Assembly (NCBI GenBank): GCA_035569955.1
Contig: DATMLZ010000006.1
Span: 1 to 60,243, forward strand
Length of the DNA: 60,243 bases
Direction: 5' to 3'
Origin: Candidatus Acidiferrum sp.
GTDB lineage: Bacteria; Acidobacteriota; Terriglobia; Acidiferrales; UBA7541
Below the pieces are notes generated by a model. That model saw only the letters and a list, made by a program, of their open reading frames with translations, was not told the DNA's origin and ran no database searches. The position numbers were made by a program, and so were the translations under genes. Shown here piece after piece: positions 29,287-35,885 of the stretch. Every line of letters begins with the position of its first letter. The stretch's first letter is position 1.

Positions 29287-29943
29287 TTAAGCGGATATTT
29301 TCCGGTATCGGTATGCTTGATCGAGTTTTCGGTGCACCAATGAAGCGGTCGTGAGAATGTCCAGAGCATCTTGCTCCGACATATTCCATTCAACCTTCGG
29401 ATTGTGTGCCAAGCCGACTGTTCCCACTAGCGCGACGATGCCTGCGAGGCAAATCCATAGAGAGCCCGACAACTTGCCTTTCCATAGATCGGCGAAACCG
29501 AGAGCAACCATAAGCAATGGGAGCGAGAAGTTCATTAGCCTCCAAAACACAAGTTTGATGAAATCGATAACGGTCCACTTCAGTCGAAGGAAGTTCGCAT
29601 CGGCGCTGTAGGCTAGAGCAAGCGCAGCCCCTACAGCGGCAAGCGGGGGCACGCAGAACAGTAGGTCTTGAGCAGACTCGGTTCCTAATGCAGTCGACAG
29701 GCGAGGAAATCGAGCCGTAAGGAAGCCTGCGAGGGAATATAAATCCCAAGCGGCCCACCATGCAGCCAAGCTTGCCGCCATCAAGAACCTTGTGGCCTGC
29801 CGATATTTTACCCAACTCGACTTTTGGTTATTTTCAGACCGCAAAAGAGCCAAGAGTCGAAAGCACAACATTACCGCGCCAGGCAAAAATAAAGCGATGA
29901 TGATCTCGGCGAATGGCTGAGCAAGGACGGTTGCGAGTGGCAT
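29287..29943 (-). CDS. hypothetical polytopic membrane protein (about 5 TM)
   Basis: Five hydrophobic segments and a ~40-aa polar C-terminus. First gene of the operon, with a 10-nt gap to the next gene. Confidence 0.55.
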   Translation of the reverse strand: MPLATVLAQPFAEIIIALFLPGAVMLCFRLLALLRSENNQKSSWVKYRQATRFLMAASLAAWWAAWDLYSLAGFLTARFPRLSTALGTESAQDLLFCVPPLAAVGAALALAYSADANFLRLKWTVIDFIKLVFWRLMNFSLPLLMVALGFADLWKGKLSGSLWICLAGIVALVGTVGLAHNPKVEWNMSEQDALDILTTASLVHRKLDQAYRYRKISA

Positions 29944-30018
29944 CGGGTCGGTGGACGCAAGTGCACCGCGAATGCGACTCCAGATTTAGAACCCGGTTAG
30001 ATTTCCCGTTAACATCAC

Positions 30019-30100
30019 GGGGGGGCCCTTTTTCGCGGTGCTATCCGCATACCCGTCAATTGGCCGCAGGGATAGGAGACAGGAGAGTGCGAAACTGCCC
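30019..30100 (+). repeat. repeat copy C: left arm / core GTCAATTGGCCGCAG / right arm
   Basis: Left arm GGGGGGGCCCTTTTTCGCGGTGCTATCCGCATACCC, core 30055-30069, right arm GGATAGGAGACAGGAGAGTGCGAAACTGCCC. CTATCC (30041-46) pairs with GGATAG (30070-75). Confidence 0.65.
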
Positions 30101-30503
30101 TGCTGCGGCCAGGGTAGGGATGTTCGGCATTGGATCTACTTTAAAAGTGAGACTGAGCGAGAGGTTTTCCGATGTGCAGTACTGGAATTGCAGTACCGCG
30201 TGGAGTCTCAATCTTCGGGTAAACGCCCCGATCTTCGGTTCGGACTGTGCATTGCGAGGATTCAGTCTGTTCGTTCGTCCGAAGTCGATGATGCGGTTAT
30301 CGAACTATTTCGCCTCGCAAAGTACCATCGCGGAGACTATGACGAAAGGGACACAGAAATGATCAGCACCGCACATGTGTCTTAGTCTAACTCAATTCCC
30401 GTTTTGCCAATTTGTGACTAACGCTTTACCGGACAGGGCGTGGTCATCCACATTTTTCTTGGATACGCGCTTCCGATACAGCACTAGGACCAATCAGATG
30501 GGA

Positions 30504-30531
30504 CTTGGCAACCATCGCGAAGATAGTAGGA
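30504..30531 (+). promoter_or_regulatory. possible sigma70-type promoter for the PQQ dehydrogenase (TTGGCA-N16-TAGGAT)
   Basis: Hexamers read directly from the sequence. The -10 hexamer ends 63 nt upstream of ATG 30595. GGAG lies 7 nt before the ATG. Confidence 0.25.
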
Positions 30532-30594
30532 TGAGGTTGGCCGCGCGGGTCGCAGAACATAAATTCGCGACGCAGACATGAGATTGGAGTTTCA

Positions 30595-32439
30595 ATGTCG
30601 AAGGCAGCCAGACGAATCGCGCTAGCAGCGGCACTCGCTGCGTGCTTATTTATTTCTTTTGCCGCAGAAAAAGTGTCGTGGGACGCCCCGTCGGGAAAAG
30701 ATTTCCCCACAGCGGGCGGCAATTTTGGCAATCAACGGTATTCGTCGCTCACGCAAATTACTCCTGCGAACCTTTCGCGGCTCGGAGGCGCATGGATGGT
30801 CCACACTACCAACCAATCCGGCGGTGGCAATATGGAAGCAACTCCCGTGGTCGTGAATGGAGTGATGTATATGCCCACCGGGACGGGCGGGGTGATGGCG
30901 ATCGATGCCGCGACCGGCGCGATCCGCTGGAAATATCAGTCGCCGAATGGCGGCTCGACGAATCGGGGCGTTGCCGTAGGCGAGGGTAAGGTTTTTTCCT
31001 CCGGCGGTGGTAATACCCTGATCGCACTCGATCAGGAAACCGGCGAACTCGCGTGGAGCTCGAAGGTGGGCGACCGGGGAACGACCGTGGCTCCTGCGGT
31101 TTACTGCGACGGGCTAGTGTACATGGGAGTCTCCGGCGGCGAAGCCGGAGCGCGCGGACACTTCGGCGCGTTCGATGCCAAGACCGGCAAGGAAACTTGG
31201 GGATTCTGGTCCACGCCCGGTCCGGGGGAACGCGGGTCGGCGACATGGGAAGGCGATTCGTGGAAGTACGGAGGTGGTCCCTTTTGGACGCAGCCTGCAA
31301 TCGATCCTCAATTGGGCGTGGTTTACGTGTCGGTCGGAAACGCCTCACCGGACAATGACGGTACGAAGCGCGGCGGGGACAATTTATTCACCGACTCAAT
31401 CGTCGCGCTCGACCTGAAGACGGGCGCATACAAATGGCATTTTCAGGAAGTGCATCACGATATCTGGGATTACGACAACGAAAGCGCACCCGTTCTTGCG
31501 GACATTAAGTTTCACGGCCGCACGCGAAGAGTTTTGATGCATGCCGGTAAAACTGGCTTTCTCTACATTTACGACCGTACGAACGGCAAGCCACTCGTCG
31601 GCATCGAAGAAAAACCAGTGTCGCAGGAGCCGCGCATGAAGACCGCTGCCACGCAGCCGTTTCCTGTCGGCGACTCATTCGTGCCCACATGTCCCGAGCC
31701 CGGCAGCGTGGCGGCAGAGGCCAAGAGTAGCTGCATCTTTGGCGCTTATTGGGACGAACCGATTGTGATGGCGCCCGGTACGCAGGGAGGAAATTCGTGG
31801 TCGCCGATGACGTTCGATCCGAAGACCGGACTTATTTATGTTCCCGGGTCAATGGTAAATTCTGCGTTTACAGTTCGCCGCCAGGATTGGGATGCGCAGG
31901 GGAATCGCCTACAAACGGTAGGCGACGTGGGACCGGCATTCGTGAAACCCGCAGGCGAGCCGCGCGCGGGCACACTGACGGCGATGGACCCGGCCACGAA
32001 CAAGATCGTTTGGCAGAAGCGAATGAAATTTCCCCTGGGAACGGGGAGTGGCCTGCTTACTACCGCGTCAGGGCTGATATTTCATGGCGAATCGGACGGA
32101 CGATTCGTTGCTTACGACGTGAAAGACGGGAAAGAGCTGTGGTCGTTTCAAACCGGCGCTGGCGCCGACGCGCCTGCGATGACGTACGAGGTGAATGGCG
32201 AGCAATACGTAGCAATTCTTGCGGGCGGCAGCGGCAACTACCAGCTTTCGCAACACGGCGACAATCTCTGGGCATTCAAGCTGGGCGGAACGATACCGCC
32301 AGCCGCCTCCCCGCTAGAGCCTCCACTCACTCAACCTGCTCCGGCCAATCGCGGCGGCGGACGACGCGGCGCGCCACCCTCGGATCGTGGCGCTCTGCCA
32401 TCAGTCGAAGGCGCAGCTCCGGTGGGCCCTCCTCAGTAG
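30595..32439 (+). CDS. exported PQQ-dependent dehydrogenase (8-bladed propeller, glucose/quinate-dehydrogenase-like branch)
   Basis: Signal peptide MSKAARRIALAAALAACLF. GGNFGNQRYSSLTQI, ATPVVVNGVMY, GVSGGEAGARGHFGAFDAKTGKETW, HHDIWDYD, repeated W-motif blades. Pro/Gly/Arg-rich C-terminal tail. No vicinal Cys-Cys. Confidence 0.85.
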   Translation: MSKAARRIALAAALAACLFISFAAEKVSWDAPSGKDFPTAGGNFGNQRYSSLTQITPANLSRLGGAWMVHTTNQSGGGNMEATPVVVNGVMYMPTGTGGVMAIDAATGAIRWKYQSPNGGSTNRGVAVGEGKVFSSGGGNTLIALDQETGELAWSSKVGDRGTTVAPAVYCDGLVYMGVSGGEAGARGHFGAFDAKTGKETWGFWSTPGPGERGSATWEGDSWKYGGGPFWTQPAIDPQLGVVYVSVGNASPDNDGTKRGGDNLFTDSIVALDLKTGAYKWHFQEVHHDIWDYDNESAPVLADIKFHGRTRRVLMHAGKTGFLYIYDRTNGKPLVGIEEKPVSQEPRMKTAATQPFPVGDSFVPTCPEPGSVAAEAKSSCIFGAYWDEPIVMAPGTQGGNSWSPMTFDPKTGLIYVPGSMVNSAFTVRRQDWDAQGNRLQTVGDVGPAFVKPAGEPRAGTLTAMDPATNKIVWQKRMKFPLGTGSGLLTTASGLIFHGESDGRFVAYDVKDGKELWSFQTGAGADAPAMTYEVNGEQYVAILAGGSGNYQLSQHGDNLWAFKLGGTIPPAASPLEPPLTQPAPANRGGGRRGAPPSDRGALPSVEGAAPVGPPQ

Positions 32440-32853
32440 TCATGCAAATGTAGCTCGGGTATGCTGACGTACGGCTCGGCCGCTTGCAGCGCGTTTCACT
32501 CCGCATGGAGCGCTTTTCGCGTAACGATGAACGGCCTGCACGCGATCCCCATAAGGTGGACACCCACGAGAAACTCTATGAAGCGGTTTCAGTTGTTGCC
32601 CATCTGCTGCGGAAGAAACCCACCGGTGCTCGATGACGCTGCTCCGGCCACGAACCAAAACATAAAGCACTAACTGAATCGTCCGGACTTCGTAGCGGTG
32701 GTTGCGGAAGTCGTCATCGTTGGTGTGACGATAAAGCCTGATAGAACCCGATCCTAAGGGCGCTCCCAGCCTTCATCGGGGTAAGGCCCAAAGCGGTGAC
32801 CGGACAAGCCGCGTACCAGACCCAATTTCAATTTGGGCTGTTGAGCTGGCCGA

Positions 32854-32939
32854 GGGGTGTATCACTTTTCACCGCTCTGCGACCTAACCCGTCAATTTGC
32901 TGCAGAGTTAGATTACGGGGTGGGGAAAAGTGATGCACC
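32854..32939 (+). repeat. repeat copy B: near-complete palindrome around core GTCAATTTGCTGCAG
   Basis: GGGGTGTATCACTTTTCACCGCTCTGCGACCTAACCC / core 32891-32905 / AGTTAGATTACGGGGTGGGGAAAAGTGATGCACC. The two arms are imperfect reverse complements of each other. Confidence 0.8.
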
Positions 32940-33028
32940 TAGCCTCGTCACGCGTAGCCCTTTCCAGGCTCTTGGCTCAATGCGTCGATAGAGCCTCTTA
33001 TCATACGGAAGCGCTGCGCAACTCACCT

Positions 33029-33514
33029 ATGAAGCAGCTCGACTACAAACTGTTCGCGGACTTTTTCCAATTCTATTTGCAGGATGAGAGCTGCCCCAAC
33101 GATGACCCGGGCGGTCTTTGGACGCGCGAAGCGCTGGACCGTCTTCTTGCAGTCGGTTCCGGAATTGTGATGGTTGGCACGGTGCGCAACATGACTGTTC
33201 CCGTGACGATAGAAATCCGTGAGACCGAACCCGATGACGACCTAAATAAGTGGGACCAAGTGAATGAATGCCCCCTCGACGTTCCATCAGGCCGCATCGT
33301 CGTTGCAGGCTGCACCGATTACTTCCCAGACGCAGCGCGGATCACGGTTTCACCCGGTTCGTACAGAGTTCGTCTCTATTACGGAAATCTTGATGCGCTC
33401 AGCGAAGATGGCCTTGAAGGCCGCGACGTCTATAGAGTTGCGATCTGGCCAGATGACGCTCACGTTGCCGTGCGAGTCATAAAGCAACGAAAGATTGAAG
33501 GCAAGTCGCATTAG
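33029..33514 (+). CDS. hypothetical cytoplasmic protein, ComJ/Nin-like impression (possible nuclease-inhibitor or immunity-type protein)
   Basis: MKQLDYKLFADFFQFYLQDE...VPVTIEIRE...GRIVVAGCTDY...GSYRVRLYY. The resemblance to the ComJ family is from memory only. The ORF-track start (32930) lies inside the repeat B arm, so ATG 33029 is preferred. Confidence 0.45.
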   Translation: MKQLDYKLFADFFQFYLQDESCPNDDPGGLWTREALDRLLAVGSGIVMVGTVRNMTVPVTIEIRETEPDDDLNKWDQVNECPLDVPSGRIVVAGCTDYFPDAARITVSPGSYRVRLYYGNLDALSEDGLEGRDVYRVAIWPDDAHVAVRVIKQRKIEGKSH

Positions 33515-33715
33515 CCTGTCTCAATTATTGGAAGGTCCGCTTCGCGTCCTTGTGGTGGCCTAGTAACGTTCGACGAGAACTCCGTTACTCAGATGGAGAT
33601 GAAATCCGGCGGCTCGCTTGGGCCGCGCCAGCCTACCGCCCTCCAATGGCTCACGCAGTTCCAATCCAAGGCGTTTGCTTGCGCTTCCGGCGACCGGTCC
33701 ATATATTAAGCAATC

Positions 33716-34612
33716 ATGAAGTCCGGTAGCTTGCTGTGCGTCGTTTTCGTCGGTAGTCTTCTCCTTCCGATATATTGCCCAACGTCTGCGCAGACATCTT
33801 GGAAAGCTGAACATTGCCGCTTATTAGCCACGTCATCCGGCTCCGCGGGACCGAAGGTCATCGTCGACGACCTTGTGTTAGACCGACCCACGGATGTAAC
33901 CGAAGAGGTTTGGAACGCTGTTGTTTCTGAGACTAAGGCACGGATATTTCTTGGTGACGGCTGGGTAGACGACTTACGGGAAGTGAGTCTCAAGGGTGCA
34001 TTGCAGAATCAGGGCTACCTGAAGGCAGATGTCAGCGCGGACGCCAGGATCATCTCTTCCAGTCCGGTCCTCGAGCACGTTGTCGTGCACGCAGGAGTGA
34101 GAGGCGGCCCGCGATACAGCTTGTCCGGGGTTCAGTTTCGCAACATCGACTCCGAAAAACCCCTAGCGTTTTCGACAGAGGAGCTGAGCACGCTCGTCTC
34201 TTTACATGAAGGGGATCTCTTCAGCCCAGAAAAAATCAGGACGGGTATAACCGCGCTGAGGAAATGGTACAGCTCCCACGGATATATCGACTTTGTGGCG
34301 TCGCCGGACACTGAAATCGACGAGATGCGTCAACAAATTGCATTGGTCATGTCGCTGCAGGAGGGAACGCAATTCCGGCTTGGGAATATTGAAATCGTAG
34401 GGCTCGATTCGGTACTTGAAAGCGAACTCCGCTCGAAAATGAGGCCGGGAGACGTGCTGAATTTCCAGCTCATAGTCGATTTGTATCAAGAGCACAAGTC
34501 AGAATTGCCGGAGGAGGCTTTGCCCGGAGATACTGAGTTTCACACGAACATGAAAGAGCGAATAGCGGACGCATCGTTTGATTTCCGAAGTTGTGCTCAA
34601 CTTCAACAGTAA
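33716..34612 (+). CDS. exported POTRA-repeat protein lacking a beta-barrel
   Basis: Signal peptide, then about three POTRA-like units (…LKGALQNQGYLKADV…VHAGVRGGPRYSLSGVQFRN…ALRKWYSSHGYIDFV…MSLQEGTQFRLGNIEIVG…). The ORF stops after 298 aa and no barrel sequence follows. 52.5% GC in the 120-nt hand count. Confidence 0.6.
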   Translation: MKSGSLLCVVFVGSLLLPIYCPTSAQTSWKAEHCRLLATSSGSAGPKVIVDDLVLDRPTDVTEEVWNAVVSETKARIFLGDGWVDDLREVSLKGALQNQGYLKADVSADARIISSSPVLEHVVVHAGVRGGPRYSLSGVQFRNIDSEKPLAFSTEELSTLVSLHEGDLFSPEKIRTGITALRKWYSSHGYIDFVASPDTEIDEMRQQIALVMSLQEGTQFRLGNIEIVGLDSVLESELRSKMRPGDVLNFQLIVDLYQEHKSELPEEALPGDTEFHTNMKERIADASFDFRSCAQLQQ

Positions 34613-34659
34613 ATAACAACCTCCCTATATCTCGACCGCCTTCATCCCCTCCCGACGCA

Positions 34660-34735
34660 GGGGTGGTCCCTTTTTCCCGGCCCCATAGGCTCAGCCGTCA
34701 ATTTTCTGCAGGCCCGGCTACCGCCAACTTTATCG
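34660..34735 (+). repeat. repeat copy D: left arm / core GTCAATTTTCTGCAG / degenerate right arm
   Basis: Left arm GGGGTGGTCCCTTTTTCCCGGCCCCATAGGCTCAGCC resembles the copy C left arm. Core at 34697-34711. Confidence 0.6.
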
Positions 34736-34861
34736 AAGAAATCCGCAAAGTCTCCTTGCCTTGAAAATTGCGCGGGTGTATTAATCCGCAGTCGGGTTAT
34801 TTTGGGATGCAGCTTTCATTCTGTGAAAATGCTGCAAGTCTGAAACATGGAGGTAGGAACG

Positions 34862-35857
34862 ATGAGACGCCGCGATTTTATTGCCGGGGGACTGGCGCTG
34901 GCCGCTGCAAGCAGGTTGCGCGCGCAGGACACTTCCGAACAGGAGAAGCTCGCCCGCTTGTCCGTGATGACCTACTGCTTTGACACCATCGTCAAGGGAG
35001 GGCTCGGACGGCCCGATGATCCGAACCGCACGCTCGACATTCTGGACGCGCCGCAGATGATCGCCGATCACTACGGCATTCACCACGTGGAGATGCAGCA
35101 CACGCACTTTGCGTCCACAGACAAAGCATACTTTCAGGAGATGCGCGGCCGGCTGAAGAAAGCGAACTCACAATTGACGCAGATCTGTCTCGAGTTCGAC
35201 TTCGTGGACATTTCCTCCAAGCAGCAATATCAACGGCTCGAGATGATCGACCTTTCCAAGACTTGGATCGACTACGCGGTCGAACTGGGGTGTCCGAGGC
35301 TTCTGGTGAATCAGGGGACTCTCCAACCGGATGTCGTCGAAACGGCCAAAACAACTCTCAAAGCGATCGGTGACTACGCGAAGACGCAGAAAATCTTTAT
35401 CGACCTTGAAAATCGCGGCGGCGGACGCCGTCCGGCTACTCCCGCCGCCGGCGCTCCGGCTGGTGCTGCGCCCGCCACCGGCGCTCCCGCAGCAGCCGCG
35501 CCGTCTGCTGCTCCCGCGCCTAACGCGACGGGCGGAACTGCTCCGCCAGTAAATGGCGGCTGGGAAGTTCTGGTCGACGTCATCAAAGCGGCCGGTGTTT
35601 ACGCGAACCCCGACATCGGCAATTTCCCGGATGAGGATTCGCGTGCCGCGGGGTTGCGCGTGATGTACGCGATGACCTCCGGCAACAGCCACGCGCACTA
35701 CGCGCCGGATCGTTACGATGAAGCGAAAGCAATCGCGATATCGAAGGAGGTTGGTTACAAGGGCCTGTTCTCGATCGAGACCAGCAGCCGAAGCAACGGA
35801 CCCGATCCGTACGCAGCCGTGCAATCGGTCCGCGACGCGCTCTTGAAACTCATTTAG
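34862..35857 (+). CDS. Tat-exported xylose-isomerase-like TIM-barrel protein (sugar phosphate isomerase/epimerase family) with an internal low-complexity insert
   Basis: MRRRDFIAGGLALAAAS twin-arginine signal, with GGAGG 8 nt upstream. The TIM-barrel family impression comes from ...AVELGCPRLLVN... and ...IFIDLEN.... A ~50-aa Ala/Pro/Gly insert (35411-35560) follows the LEN strand. Confidence 0.75.
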   Translation: MRRRDFIAGGLALAAASRLRAQDTSEQEKLARLSVMTYCFDTIVKGGLGRPDDPNRTLDILDAPQMIADHYGIHHVEMQHTHFASTDKAYFQEMRGRLKKANSQLTQICLEFDFVDISSKQQYQRLEMIDLSKTWIDYAVELGCPRLLVNQGTLQPDVVETAKTTLKAIGDYAKTQKIFIDLENRGGGRRPATPAAGAPAGAAPATGAPAAAAPSAAPAPNATGGTAPPVNGGWEVLVDVIKAAGVYANPDIGNFPDEDSRAAGLRVMYAMTSGNSHAHYAPDRYDEAKAIAISKEVGYKGLFSIETSSRSNGPDPYAAVQSVRDALLKLI

Positions 35858-35885
35858 CACGCATCCCTATCCCGGCGAAACGACG

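Noticed and set aside
31465-31476. WDYD motif (Asp two residues after the catalytic Asp) in both PQQ dehydrogenases (also at 36870-36881), as a lanthanide-dependence signature.
   Set aside because: The extra Asp is diagnostic within the methanol/ethanol dehydrogenase clades. Both enzymes here look like the glucose/quinate-dehydrogenase-like branch (HHD.WD.D context, no vicinal Cys-Cys), where an Asp at this position is common regardless of metal. No metal call can be made without a phylogeny.
32882-32913. Integron attC reading of repeat copy B: ACCTAAC (RYYYAAC-like) and GTTAGAT (GTTRRRY-like); also GTTAGGT in copy A.
   Set aside because: The two boxes are only 18 nt apart and lie on the inner side of the palindrome rather than at its ends. 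Copies C and D lack them. Cassette gene orientation is mixed, and no intI is present. Canonical attC sites are therefore unlikely, but an attC covariance-model scan would settle it.
34641-34680. Intrinsic terminator reading of the copy D left arm (CCCCT...AGGGG, then GGTCCCTTTTT), and similarly GGGCCCTTTTT in copy C.
   Set aside because: The stems are only 3-5 bp and are not immediately followed by the T-run in a canonical way. Copy C is not downstream of any plus-strand gene. The T-run is better explained as part of the repeat arm.
35411-35560. GC-rich imperfect nucleotide repeats (also at 19118-19249 and 20300-20410) considered as tandem repeat or CRISPR-like arrays.
   Set aside because: They are in frame inside well-supported genes and encode Ala/Pro/Gly/Arg low-complexity linkers. 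There is no regular repeat-spacer periodicity.
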